DNA of 64,000 bases from Acidimicrobiales bacterium (GCA_039583695.1 JAVKSL010000003.1:16313-80312), one strand, 5' to 3'; shown: positions 36,071-45,801, counted from the first letter of the stretch. Translations and numbers: made by a program. The notes: generated by a model from the sequence alone, not told the origin.

Positions 36071-37048
36071 CTATCCCCTCTGGTAACGCATCAAGCCAGC
36101 GGCGCCAACCACCACGAGGCCGACGACCAGCGGCTCGTAGAACTGCGACACAGCCATCAGGGTCAGGCCATTGGCGAGCGCCGTCAACAGGACGGCCCCG
36201 ACAGCGGGTCCGAGGATGGTGCCGCGCCCACCGAACAGGCTCACACCGCCCAGAACAGTGGCGGCAATCGCGTCGAGCAGGAGCGTCGTGTCCGGCGCTG
36301 GCTCCGCGGCCCCGATTCGGGCCGTGTACAGGACCGCGGTCAGCCCCGCCAGGATGCCCGAGATGAGATACACGGCGATGCGGACCCGGTCGATGCGGAC
36401 GCCCATCGCCCGGGCCGCCTCTCGGTCCCCACCCGTGGCCAGGACGTGGGCGCCGAAGCGCGTATGAAACAAGGTCCAATGGCCAGCGATGACCACGGCG
36501 ACGGCGACCAAGACCGGATAGCCGATCGGACCCACCGACCCGGTGGATAACCGGAGGAGAAAGTTGCTCGTGATCTGCGTCGGGGTGCCCGAGGTCAGGA
36601 CCAGGGCCAGCCCGCTTGCCACACCCAGAGCGCCCAAGGTGACGATGAAGTCGGTTATGCGCACCTTGGCAATGGTGAGCCCGTTCAAGAGTCCCATCGC
36701 CGCTCCACCAGCGACGGCCGCCAAGCAGGCAAATCCGATCCCGAGTCCGCCGGCATGGGTGACGACCTCGCCCAGCAGAACGGCGCCCAGCGTGAGGATC
36801 GCCACCTCGGAGAGGTCGATCCCCGCTGTAAGGATCACGAAGCTCTGTCCGACCGCCAGGATGACCAGGACGGCCGACTCGGTGAGGACGTCCTCGACGT
36901 TACCGGCGGATAGGAAGTGGCTGGCGCCGATCCCAAAGACCAGGCACAACACGGCCAGGGCGATAAGCGCAGTCCAGTTCGACCAGAAGTCGGGCCGGGA
37001 TCCGAGCAGGCGGGCCCCCTGCCACGTTGGGAGCCGGTTCGAGAGCAT
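36071..37048 (-). CDS. sugar ABC transporter permease (CUT2)
   Basis: Multi-TM. ..TAGIDLSEVAI.., ..VLGGVSLFGGRGT... Confidence 0.9.
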   Translation of the reverse strand: MLSNRLPTWQGARLLGSRPDFWSNWTALIALAVLCLVFGIGASHFLSAGNVEDVLTESAVLVILAVGQSFVILTAGIDLSEVAILTLGAVLLGEVVTHAGGLGIGFACLAAVAGGAAMGLLNGLTIAKVRITDFIVTLGALGVASGLALVLTSGTPTQITSNFLLRLSTGSVGPIGYPVLVAVAVVIAGHWTLFHTRFGAHVLATGGDREAARAMGVRIDRVRIAVYLISGILAGLTAVLYTARIGAAEPAPDTTLLLDAIAATVLGGVSLFGGRGTILGPAVGAVLLTALANGLTLMAVSQFYEPLVVGLVVVGAAGLMRYQRG

Positions 37049-37063
37049 CCTGCCGGCCCGGGC

Positions 37064-38119
37064 TCAGTGGCCGAGGAGGCTGGTGAAGGGGTCGCTGAAG
37101 GACTGGAATGGCTTGGGGAATGCTGCCAACGCCTGGCTGGCGTTGGATTGGGTGACCACCTCCGCCGGTGTTGCCACCGAGGCGGGGAGGTGCTTGCCCT
37201 GCGCTGCTGCAGTGCAGGCCTCCACTCCTAGGGCGCCGATCGTGTACGGGAACTGCTCGACGACAGCGGCCATCGTGCCTGCCTTGACCTCTTGAAGCAC
37301 GGCGGTGTCGCCGATGATGGCGGTGGTGTCGACCTTGCCCTGCTTGCCGACGGTGCCGATCGCACGCTGCACTCCCAGCGCCATGTCGCCGTTGGCCACA
37401 AAGAACGCCTTGAGGTTGGGGTGCGTCTCCATGATGCTGGTGGCATCGGCCAGAGCGGTGGCGCGATCCCAGTTCCCCGCCACGGTCTGGACTATGTCGA
37501 GCCTTCCCGCGGCACCCTCGTTGAAGCCCTTGATCCGGGCTTGGCTCGTCGGGTCGCTGGCAAGTCCGCCGATGATGGCCACCTGCGAGCCGGAGGGCAG
37601 CATGCTTGCCAGCTGTGTGGCCATCAGCTTGCCGGCAGCAACGTTGTCGGTGCCGATGTAGGTGGCCAGTTGAAGACCAGCCGCCTGAGCGGCGCTGGTC
37701 GAGATCGGCAGGTCCACGTTCACGATCGGCTTGTGCTGGGACCGCGCCTGGAGGAGGGGCTGTACCAGGTTCGTGGAATCCACCGGGTTGGCGATGTAGC
37801 AGGAGTAGCCATGGGCGACGAGAGCTGAGAGGGCATTGGCCTGACCGGCCGCGTCTGCCAGGTTGCTTGCGGCGTCCACGGTGAGGGGTACGCCGAGCTT
37901 CGCTGCTTCGGCCTGCGCGCCCTGGTTCATGGCGGCAAAGTAGGGGTTGCTGACCGGCTTCAGGATGAAGCCGATGCTCAGGGAGCTGGGCTTGGTCGAG
38001 CTGGTTACCCCGGTGCTGGTCGAGGTTGTCGAAGGCGAAGAAGTGCCGCAGGCGGCGGCCAGTAGGGCGAGTGCGGTCCCCATGGCGGCGATCCCGAGTG
38101 TCCGGGCACGAAGACTCAT
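37064..38119 (-). CDS. sugar ABC transporter substrate-binding lipoprotein
   Basis: SD GAAGGAGG then ATG 38119. Lipobox LAAAC. PBP type-I pattern (LSIGFILKPVSNPYF...PIVNVD...). Confidence 0.85.
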   Translation of the reverse strand: MSLRARTLGIAAMGTALALLAAACGTSSPSTTSTSTGVTSSTKPSSLSIGFILKPVSNPYFAAMNQGAQAEAAKLGVPLTVDAASNLADAAGQANALSALVAHGYSCYIANPVDSTNLVQPLLQARSQHKPIVNVDLPISTSAAQAAGLQLATYIGTDNVAAGKLMATQLASMLPSGSQVAIIGGLASDPTSQARIKGFNEGAAGRLDIVQTVAGNWDRATALADATSIMETHPNLKAFFVANGDMALGVQRAIGTVGKQGKVDTTAIIGDTAVLQEVKAGTMAAVVEQFPYTIGALGVEACTAAAQGKHLPASVATPAEVVTQSNASQALAAFPKPFQSFSDPFTSLLGH

Positions 38120-38143
38120 GAGCGGGTCCCTCCTTCTTTGGTT

Positions 38144-38181
38144 GGCCAAAAACTGGCCCTTCGGTCGGCCAATCACTGGCC
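38144..38181. promoter_or_regulatory. two tandem 15-bp palindromes GGCCA-N5-TGGCC (candidate ROK-repressor operators)
   Basis: GGCCAAAAACTGGCC (38144-38158) and GGCCAATCACTGGCC (38167-38181), centres 23 bp apart, in the divergent gap between the SBP gene (start 38119) and the ROK gene (start 38287). Confidence 0.35.
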
Positions 38182-38286
38182 GCTACGGTAAGGATACAAC
38201 AACCTTCTGATCTTGTCAAGCAGAAGTATGGGTAAATAAGAGAAAAGATTGGGGCCCTGGCGTAGAAGGTCCGGTATCCTGATGCG

Positions 38287-39489
38287 GTGCCCACCCGGAC
38301 AGTGCTCGCTACCACCGCCAGCGCAGGGACCCTCCTGCAGGTCATCCGCGAGGATGCCCTGGGGACCCGAGCTGCCTTGAGCGACCGTACGGGGCTGTCG
38401 CGAACCGCTATCAACCAACGTCTCGCCGTGCTCCTCACGCACGGCCTCGTCGTTCCTGACGGACAAGACCATTCGAGCGGCGGGCGGCCGCCGGCACAGT
38501 TCTGCTTCAATGCCCTGGCTGGGCTCGTGCTCGGCGTGGACATCGGGATCACCGCCACCCGGGTGGGGGTAGCCGATCTGTCCGGACATATTCTCGCCGA
38601 GACAAGTGGTGACCTCTCCGTCGAGGACGGGCCGGGTGCCGTGCTCGGGTGGGTCGCGAAGCACGCGGACGGGCTGCTCCACGAGGTGGGGACAAGTCCT
38701 GGGCGCCTATGGGGGATCGGTGTGGGCGTACCAGGACCAGTCGAGTTCGGGGCAGGCCACGTGGTGAACCCCCCCTTCATGCCCGGCTGGGACCGCTTCC
38801 CCATAGGGCACTGGTTCACCGACCACTACGGCTGTCCCGCTGTCATCGACAAAGACGCCAACATCATGGCCCTGGGTGAGTACCGGAACGCCTGGCGCCA
38901 TCTCCGCCATGTGCTCTTCGTAAAGGCCGGTACAGGCGTCGGCTGTGGAGTGATCGCCGATGGACGGGTCCACCGCGGGGCCCGCGGTGCAGCCGGTGAC
39001 ATCGGTCACATCCAGCTACAAGGACATGGTGACCCAACCTGCCGTTGCGGCAACCGAGGCTGCGTGGAAGCCATTGCTGGCGGGTGGGCCCTGGTACGAG
39101 ACCTTCGGGCGGCAGGATCCTCAGTCCGAACTGCTCGCGACGTGGCTGGACTGGCACATGACCTGGACCATGATTGCCTCCTCGCGATCCGCCGGGCGGG
39201 CCGGGTGGTAGGCGAAGCGCTCGCCGACGCAGTGAACTTCTTCAACCCTTCCGTCGTCATCGTTGGTGGCTCGATCGGCCTCGCCCATGGCGAGTTTCTG
39301 GCCGGTGTCCGTGAGGTCGTCTATCAACGGTCTCTGCCCCTCGCAACACAAGACCTTCAGATCGTGCCGTCGTCGCTGGGCGACCAAGCAGGAATCATCG
39401 GGGCGGCGTACCTGGTCGCGGACCTCATCTTGGAGCCCCAGAGAGTGGACAAGCGGCTTACCCGAACCGAGCCTCAAGCGAGCCGATGA
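38287..39489 (+). CDS. ROK-family transcriptional regulator
   Basis: GTG start. N-terminal wHTH (TRAALSDRTGLSRTAINQRLAVL). ROK sugar-kinase-like body with the zinc motif GHIQLQGHGDPTCRCGNRGCVEA. Confidence 0.85.
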   Translation: MPTRTVLATTASAGTLLQVIREDALGTRAALSDRTGLSRTAINQRLAVLLTHGLVVPDGQDHSSGGRPPAQFCFNALAGLVLGVDIGITATRVGVADLSGHILAETSGDLSVEDGPGAVLGWVAKHADGLLHEVGTSPGRLWGIGVGVPGPVEFGAGHVVNPPFMPGWDRFPIGHWFTDHYGCPAVIDKDANIMALGEYRNAWRHLRHVLFVKAGTGVGCGVIADGRVHRGARGAAGDIGHIQLQGHGDPTCRCGNRGCVEAIAGGWALVRDLRAAGSSVRTARDVAGLAHDLDHDCLLAIRRAGRVVGEALADAVNFFNPSVVIVGGSIGLAHGEFLAGVREVVYQRSLPLATQDLQIVPSSLGDQAGIIGAAYLVADLILEPQRVDKRLTRTEPQASR

Positions 39490-39685
39490 TCCCGGAGCTG
39501 AGCAGAGCGATCGCTTCCGCCGCAAGTCGTGGTCGCCCACCCGGTACAAGCCGTGAACCTGTGTACAGTAGATCATGGTGTGCTCGCCGTCCCGGCATTG
39601 GCGATCGCGACCAGCCCTCGCGCTGCGGGCTGGTGTGCCGTCACCATGGCATGAACCATCTCGCCCACATCAGGCACCGATTGCT

Positions 39686-40105
39686 TCACGGCGGGTCGTC
39701 GCGCATCGGCCACAGCGCTTGGAGCTCGGCGGTAGCAGCGTCGAGCGGCTGGAGCCGGCGAAGGCGGTGCCCGTCGGTGCGCAGGTAGTCGGCCAGCTTG
39801 TAGCTGTCGCCGGGATCGGACTTGGCCCGGCTGGCCCCCCAGCGGGGGCGGGCCGCGTTGAACGCGTTGGGGTGGATCGGCACCACCGGGTGACCGGCGG
39901 CGAGCAGCCGGTCAACGACCAGCGCGCTGGTCGTCTCGATCGCCACCGGCAGCTGCTCGGACGGCCCCAGCCCGGCGAGCCGGCCGATGACGGCATCGAT
40001 CCCGGCCTCGTCGTGGGTGAACGGCCAGTGGGCCACCGTCGTCCCGGCGTCGTCGATGACTGTCACGTCGTGGGTGGCGGCCGCCCAATCCCATCCTACG
40101 AACAT
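39686..40105 (-). mobile_element. IS110-family transposase, N-terminal (DEDD) third only
   Basis: MFVGWDWAAATHDVTVIDDAGTTV...LPVAIETTSALVVDRLLAAGHPVVPIHPNAFNAAR...KSDPGDSYKLADYLR is the IS110 DEDD domain. The ORF stops after 139 aa and the C-terminal domain is not recoverable in any frame. Confidence 0.65.
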
Positions 40106-40353
40106 CGGCTTGTCTCGCCTCGTTGTTGTCGTCTGTCGCTGCTTGACTGGTCGGTGTCGGGGCCCTGTCGCCGCTTGCTCATTGTTCGGCCCTCAGCCGG
40201 GCATGTTCCTAAAGGCGGTCACGGGGTCCCGGCGCGTCGGGGGCGGCAGTACTCATGTTGGCCGTTCACCTCCAAGCGACCTTGGCCGTCCCCCGGGCGT
40301 CACCGAGAAGCCACACCAACTCTGACCGAAGCTCACCCCGCAATGGTGGACCA

Positions 40354-41296
40354 ATGAGCGACCGACTGCATGTTGTGGTGATCGGTGGGGGTCTCGGCGG
40401 GTTGTGCCTAGCCCAGGGCCTGCGCCAGGCCGGCGTCGGGGTCAGCGTCTACGAGCGCGACGCCGCCCCGGACAGCCGCTGGGAGGGCTACTGCATTCAG
40501 GTCAACCCGGCGGGGAGCCGATCGCTGCACGCCTGCCTCCCCGAGCCCCTGTGGCGGGCGTTCCTGGGCACCGCCGGCCCTGGCGGCGAGTTCGGGTTCC
40601 TCACCGAGCAGCTCAGGGAGCTGGTGGTGGTCGAGGAGTCGGTGATGTACCCGGTCGCGGCCACCGACCCGGCCGAGGGCCACTACACCGTCGACCGGCG
40701 CGCCCTGCGCCGGCTGCTGCTACACGGCCTCGACGACGTGGTGCGCTTCGGCGCCGAGTTCGCCAGCTTCGAACCGACCGAAGACAGCCGGATCGCAGCG
40801 AACTTCGCCGACGGCCGCCGCGCGGTCGGCGATGTGCTCATCGGCGCCGACGGCCCGTCCTCCCGGCTGCGCCGGCAGTACCTTCCCCAGGCGCGGCGGA
40901 CCCCACTCGGTGTCGGCGGCGTCGGCCACAAGCTGGCGCTCACCCCGTCGAGCCGTAGCTGGCTGCCGCCGCGCCTGCTGGGGGGCATGAACTCGGTCAA
41001 CGTCGCTGCGCGACGCCCACCTGCTCTCCCAGATGCTCACCGCCGCCGACAGCGGCCGTCGGCCCCTGCTCGATGCCATCGCCTACTACGAGGCGGAGGT
41101 GCGCGACTACGGCTTCGCCGCCGTCCGCTCCTCACTGCGGATGCAACAGCAGTCCCTGACCACCGGAACGCTCCCCACCCTCGCCACCCGCAGCTGGTTC
41201 CGGCTCTGCCGTGCCCTACCACCGGTGCGCCGCCTCACCTTCGCCCACGGCTGGGACCGGCTCTCCTCCCCCCGCCCCTGGGAACAGGAGGCGTGA
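40354..41296 (+). pseudogene. FAD-dependent monooxygenase with internal deletion/frame break
   Basis: The N-terminus is intact (MSDRLHVVVIGGGLGGLCLA...VLIGADGPSSRLRRQ). After ..LLGGMNSVN the frame turns to junk. The C-terminal part (..SLRDAHLLSQMLTAADSGRRPLLDAIAYYEAEVRDYGF..) reads in another frame (ORF 41033..41296). The central ~100 aa are missing. Confidence 0.6.
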
Positions 41297-41416
41297 AAAG
41301 GGGCTACGTCCGCCGGCCCCACTCGTGGCGACTCGCCACGACCTCTCCGGGATCCTCGCGCCCCTGTGCCGCGCACGGATCGGCCAACGAGACGGGGGTG
41401 AGGGCTCTGACGTAGC

Positions 41417-41700
41417 TCAGCGTGCGAGGCGGATGTCGAGTTCGCGTTCCACGTAGTCCCACTCCGGGTCGCGCGGAGCCGGGACACCAGCTCCTCGAAC
41501 GCAGGCGCGCCTCGGGGGGCGTATCGAACCAGGTGAGGAAGTCGAAGGGCTCGTCCAGATCCCGGCCGCGGTAGAGCCGGCGGGCCACCGCAGGCAGGTA
41601 TTGCATCCCGATGGCGATGTGGCGAGAGGTCTCCTCAAACAGCTCCCGCCGAGGCTCGCATGTCGAGCCGTCTTGGCGGCCTCGCCGATTGGGACCAACT
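41417..41700 (-). pseudogene. small conserved protein remnant spread over three reading frames
   Basis: ..LFEETSRHIAIGMQYLPAVARRLYRGRDLDEPFDFLTWFDTPPEA (frame a) / APAFEELVSRLRAT (frame c) / PEWDYVERELDIRLAR* (frame b). Two frame changes occur within ~60 nt. The family is uncertain. Confidence 0.3.
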
Positions 41701-41749
41701 CCATCCCACCATTTGACATCAAGTCGGCTTGAACCGCCATCATGGGTCC

Positions 41750-42361
41750 ATGCCGTCGTTGACGTCCTGGTCGAGGACCGAACCGATCCGCTCAGCCTTC
41801 GCGCTGCCCAGCGGATTGCGCGGGCGCCTCGCCGGGCACCTGATGCTGTGGACCAACCCGCAGCGGGACCTGCCCGACCTGATGGACATCCAGGTCGGTG
41901 ACCAGGTCCTGGAAGTCGGATACGGGCCGGGCGCGCTGATCCGGCTACTCGCCCGCACTCCAGCCGGGCAGATCTCCGGGGTGGATCCCTCACCGCAGAT
42001 GTGGGATATGGCCTCTCGGCAAACCCGCGCAGAGGTCGCCGCCGGGCGGATCGACCTGCGGATTGGAACCGCCGAGCATTCCGGCTTCGCCGACGAACAG
42101 TTCGACCGTGTGGTCTCGGTCAACAACGTGGCGATCTGGTCCGACCTGGAGGCCGGACTGGTTGAGCTGCACCGGGTGGCATGCCCCGGCGGACAGATCC
42201 TCATCGCCTGGCACGGCGGAACACGGCCCTCCCGGATCGCCCAGCACATGCTGCTGACCGACGACCAGCTTGACCGCATCCAGCACGCGCTCGCCGGCCT
42301 CTGCTCCGACGTCACCCGCCGGGGACTGGCGACCCTCACCGTCTTCGATGCCACCCGGTGA
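41750..42361 (+). CDS. class I SAM-dependent methyltransferase
   Basis: VLEVGYGPGALIRLLA is motif I. ..FDRVVSVNNVAIW.. ..PGGQILIAW... Confidence 0.75.
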   Translation: MPSLTSWSRTEPIRSAFALPSGLRGRLAGHLMLWTNPQRDLPDLMDIQVGDQVLEVGYGPGALIRLLARTPAGQISGVDPSPQMWDMASRQTRAEVAAGRIDLRIGTAEHSGFADEQFDRVVSVNNVAIWSDLEAGLVELHRVACPGGQILIAWHGGTRPSRIAQHMLLTDDQLDRIQHALAGLCSDVTRRGLATLTVFDATR

Positions 42362-42529
42362 CTCCGCAACGGCTGCGACTGGGAACCCCTACCGGTGCCG
42401 GCGATGCGTGAGTGGTGGGAAGACCACACTGAGCGTGCCCGGTGACGGATCCTCGGGTAACGGGCGGGGAGATCAACGACGCCGTGAGCCAGTCGTCGGT
42501 CCTCAGGGGCGCTGCTGGCTGCCTCGAGG

Positions 42530-43060
42530 TCATGGGGCCCCGACGCTCGGCTCTCCTCCGGCTGCCGAGAGGTCAGGATCGCTCGCGTCTGAGCGGCCAC
42601 GCAGCGCTCTTGGGATGAGGACCGCGCTTCTCCCGGTGACCTCGACGAGGGCCATCAGGGTGAGCGCGGAGGTCCATGCTCCCAAGGTGAGGTCTTTGGC
42701 GGCGCTGAAGCGGGCGATGGCGGGACCGCCCCCGTTGGTGGCATACAGGGCGAACACGAGCAGCCAGCTGGTGCCAAGAGTCCAGTACGCGACCGTGGTG
42801 GCCGTCGAGCGGGCCATGAGCCGGCCGTCGCCACCCCAGTAGACGCTCGTGGAGCGCCCCGCAAGGGTGCCGAGGATGCCACCGGCGACAGCGCAGCCGA
42901 TGACCAGTGCGAGATCAGCGCTGCGGGCGGGGAAGCCTCGGGTATAGGTTACTGCCGCCCAGGCAACGATCCCCATCGGCCACGCCAAGGCGAACGCGCT
43001 CAGGTGCTTTCCTCGCAGCTGGCGGACGACTGAGGAGTAGATGGATCCCAAGAGGTGCAT
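42530..43060 (-). CDS. integral membrane protein, function unknown
   Basis: ATG 43060. 4-5 hydrophobic segments. Divergent from, and only 8 nt away from, the MarR start. Confidence 0.5.
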   Translation of the reverse strand: MHLLGSIYSSVVRQLRGKHLSAFALAWPMGIVAWAAVTYTRGFPARSADLALVIGCAVAGGILGTLAGRSTSVYWGGDGRLMARSTATTVAYWTLGTSWLLVFALYATNGGGPAIARFSAAKDLTLGAWTSALTLMALVEVTGRSAVLIPRALRGRSDASDPDLSAAGGEPSVGAP

Positions 43061-43068
43061 CAACAGTG

Positions 43069-43509
43069 ATGTATCCTGGGGTGGTGGTGACCGTCGGTGA
43101 GCTGTTCCGCCTGTCGCGGGTGTTACGTGAGGTTGCACTCGAAGCGGCGACCGATCCGGGGGAGGCGCCCCCGAGCGCCGGGCTGGTCGCAGTGACCGAC
43201 GACATCGCCCACCACGAGCAGACCACCGTGGGTGAGATCGCCGCCCGCACCGGGCTGGCGCAGAGCCTGGTCTCGAAGGTGGTCGCCGAGCTGCGAGACG
43301 GCGGCGCGGTCGAGATGACCCTCGACGAGAACGACCGGCGCCGCAACCTGATCCGGATCACCGACTCGGCGCGCACCCAGGTCCTCGCCGACCGGGGCAG
43401 CCGCACCGTTGGCGAGGCACTACGGCACCGGTTTCCCGAGCGCTCCGAGGAGAAGCTCACCGGGATCGAAGCTGCACTTGAGGCACTGGCCGACCAGCTT
43501 CAGGATTGA
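43069..43509 (+). CDS. MarR-family transcriptional regulator
   Basis: ..TTVGEIAARTGLAQSLVSKVVAELRDGGAVEMTLDENDRRRNLIRIT.. is the MarR wHTH. Confidence 0.8.
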   Translation: MYPGVVVTVGELFRLSRVLREVALEAATDPGEAPPSAGLVAVTDDIAHHEQTTVGEIAARTGLAQSLVSKVVAELRDGGAVEMTLDENDRRRNLIRITDSARTQVLADRGSRTVGEALRHRFPERSEEKLTGIEAALEALADQLQD

Positions 43510-43752
43510 CCCAGCCGATCGTCTCCGAGGTCACCGATGACCAGCTAGTCGGCAACCGAAGGGCCCGATTGCGATGGGGGTCACTCAACAACTCGATCCG
43601 TTTGCTGGCATGTAGCAGTACCCGAACCTCCTGCGGGGCAGTCCGAGTGGCGACCTGACCACGCTGAGCGTGCCCGCTGAGGGATCGGTCAGCGGGGCAT
43701 CGCCGGCCGCAGAATTGTGGCGGCCGGCGGAGCCTGACGACATACTCAGGAC

Positions 43753-44023
43753 ATGGACGTCCAGCTGTTCAGCGACGCCGGCGCCTTCTTGCAGGAAGCG
43801 GAGGGCTACCTCCCGCCGACCCGTTCAGTGCCAGCGTGATCGCCGTGTACGCGAGTCGTGTAGGCGTCGGTGCCCAGCCACTGGGACCGGACGACATGTG
43901 GTTCACGGTAACCGACGACGGGCGTGTGGTGGGACTTGCCATGCACACGCCACCCCACCGTCTCTTCGTCTCCCGGATGCCCGAGACGGCCGCGGCCACC
44001 CTGGCCGCAGCGCTCGCCCCGCC
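43753..44023 (+). pseudogene. N-terminal fragment of a GNAT-type protein (frameshifted, truncated)
   Basis: MDVQLFSDAGAFLQEAEGYL then a 1-nt shift to ADPFSASVIAVYASRVGVGAQPLGPDDMWFTVTDDGRVVGLAMHTPPHRLFVSRMPETAAATLAAALA. It ends at the junction with the RelE-like piece. Confidence 0.4.
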
Positions 44024-44251
44024 GCCGCTCGGGCGTTGCGCAAGCTCGATCCCGATGTTCGGCCACGGATTCGGGCCGCCATCGCCCTGCTGGCCGAGGA
44101 CCCCCGACCTCCCTCGTCACGCCGCCTGCGAGGCCGTGACGGCTATCGGGTAAGGGTTGGGGCCTGCCGGGTGCTCTACACCGTCGCCGACGATGTGCTC
44201 TTGGTAGTCGTCGTCTCCCTCGGTCATCGCCGCGATTTCTACGACCGCTGA
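44024..44251 (+). pseudogene. RelE/ParE-family toxin lacking its N-terminus
   Basis: ..ARALRKLDPDVRPRIRAAIALLAEDPRPPSSRRLRGRDGYRVRVGACRVLYTVADDVLLVVVVSLGHRRDFY is the classic RelE/ParE core. There is no own start codon and no antitoxin gene upstream. Confidence 0.6.
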
Positions 44252-44390
44252 GCCGATCGCCTACCGGGACGGACGCAGATCAGGGAAGCCCTCGGCTGAA
44301 GACCGTCCGGATGAGGATGGACAACTGCGACCTGCCGCTGTGGAGCAACGCTGGATACGTGGTCCACCGGGCCTCGCCACCGTTCGTCTG

Positions 44391-44700
44391 ATGCAGGTTG
44401 TGGTTTCCGAAGAGCGCCCGGATGTGGACGACCAGGTGCGAGCGGCGTTCCGGGTGCGCTGGCCCGAGTTCATCTTCCACGACCTGGTGTCCAACGCCCA
44501 CGTCGAGCGGGTCGGCGCTTATTTCGGCTCCTGGGATCTGTGGCTCATCGACAACGAGCGCGTCTGGGCGGCGGCTGGGGTGCGCCCTTGCGGTGGGCGC
44601 CATGTCGAGCGCGGCGAACAGCTGGTCTTTCGTCGCTGCACCAACGAGTACTCCTGATCCGCAACCGGATCCCGCCGCGGTACAAACGAGCGGTGGTTTC
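44391..44700 (+). pseudogene. GNAT-like acetyltransferase remnant (frameshifted)
   Basis: MQVVVSEERPDVDDQVRAAFRVRWPEFIFHDLVSNAHVERVGAYFGSWDLWLIDNERVWAA, then GGWGAPLRW is only readable in another frame. No intact C-terminal half. Confidence 0.4.
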
Positions 44701-44789
44701 GACGGTGGCCCCGCGGGCCTGGTAGAGTTGGTGCACCGCGGCTCCGACGATCCGCCACGATGGAGTTGCGCATCGAGGGAGGACGTGTC

Positions 44790-45692
44790 GTGGCGAGGTT
44801 CGTGGGGACCAGTGACCTGGTGAAGTGCTCGTTCTGCGGGAAGTCGCACAAGCAGGTTGACAAGCTGATCGCCGGTCCGGGCGTCTACATCTGCAACGAG
44901 TGCATCGAGTTGTGCAACGACATCATCATCATCGAAGGACCCGGCGGGCCGGGTGGCGCCGAGAGCCCCGAGGTGCCTCGCTCCGACGACCAGCGCCGGT
45001 GGCGGGAGGCGCAGCGTGCCCTCGTCGGACGTCTGGGCCGACAGCCCACGGTCTCGGAGCTGGCCGCCGAGCTCGGCTGGACCGAGGAGAGGCTCACTAC
45101 CGTCCGCCGGGGTGCATGGGCTGCGCTGACTCGGGCTGCTGCGAGCCCGACAGATGTCGCCGGTGAGCTTCGAGGCTTGCAACGCCAGCTCGAACGCCTC
45201 GCCCGGCGGGTGGCCGGCCTGGTCGGCCAGTCCCGGGACGGCGACCCCGGCGAGACGGTCATCGCCTCGGGGAGCTTCGAGGGTGGGATCGCTTGGATCA
45301 TCGACGCTGGCGGTGACGACGAGCAGTACTGGACCGGCCTGCGCCTGGCTTACACACACGGCGGCGGGATGGCTGGGCCGAAGCTGTGGGGTGATGAGCT
45401 GATCAACGTCTATACGGGCCGTGATGATGACGGTCCGCTCGGGATCGCGGTCCGCGCTGAGCCGCGCGTGGTCGGCGTTGAGCTGGTTGACCTCGGCGGG
45501 GCTGCTCGCCCGCTGGTTGCCTGTGGGGGCGGGGTTATCGACGGGTTGCGTTTCTACGTCGGCCTGGCCTGGGCCGCCCCGCCCGAAGCCGAGCAGGCGG
45601 GCACCTTCGGGCTGAGAGAGCTCCGAGCCCGCGACCAGGCCGGCGGGGTGGTCGCAACCTACGACCTCACCTTCTGGGATCGAAAGGACTGA
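44790..45692 (+). CDS. ClpX-type C4 zinc-finger (N-domain) protein fused to an unrelated ~250-aa C-terminal region; no AAA+ module
   Basis: SD GAGGGAGGA-N6-GTG 44790 gives (M)[45 protein letters not shown], nearly collinear with the actinobacterial ClpX N-terminus. Next comes a sigma-region-3/4-like helix ([22 protein letters not shown]) and a Gly/Asp-rich beta-type tail. The track ORF starts at 44760. Confidence 0.7.
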   Translation: MARFVGTSDLVKCSFCGKSHKQVDKLIAGPGVYICNECIELCNDIIIIEGPGGPGGAESPEVPRSDDQRRWREAQRALVGRLGRQPTVSELAAELGWTEERLTTVRRGAWAALTRAAASPTDVAGELRGLQRQLERLARRVAGLVGQSRDGDPGETVIASGSFEGGIAWIIDAGGDDEQYWTGLRLAYTHGGGMAGPKLWGDELINVYTGRDDDGPLGIAVRAEPRVVGVELVDLGGAARPLVACGGGVIDGLRFYVGLAWAAPPEAEQAGTFGLRELRARDQAGGVVATYDLTFWDRKD

Positions 45693-45801
45693 ACGGAACG
45701 AGAGCGAATTCTTCGCCCCTCACGACCGACCGACCCAGCGTCGTCGCACAAGCGGATCGGGCTACGGGATGTCAGCCGGCGCGCCAGGGTAGGATGCCGT
45801 C

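Noticed and set aside
36900-38819. 639-aa minus-strand ORF spanning the SBP gene and the ROK promoter
   Set aside because: It is out of frame with the convincing SBP lipoprotein and antisense to part of the ROK gene. The translation is extremely Arg/Pro/Gly-rich.
44280-45359. 359-aa minus-strand ORF
   Set aside because: It is antisense to the ClpX-zinc-finger ORF, whose first 45 residues are near-identical in pattern to ClpX. No motifs were found on the minus frame.
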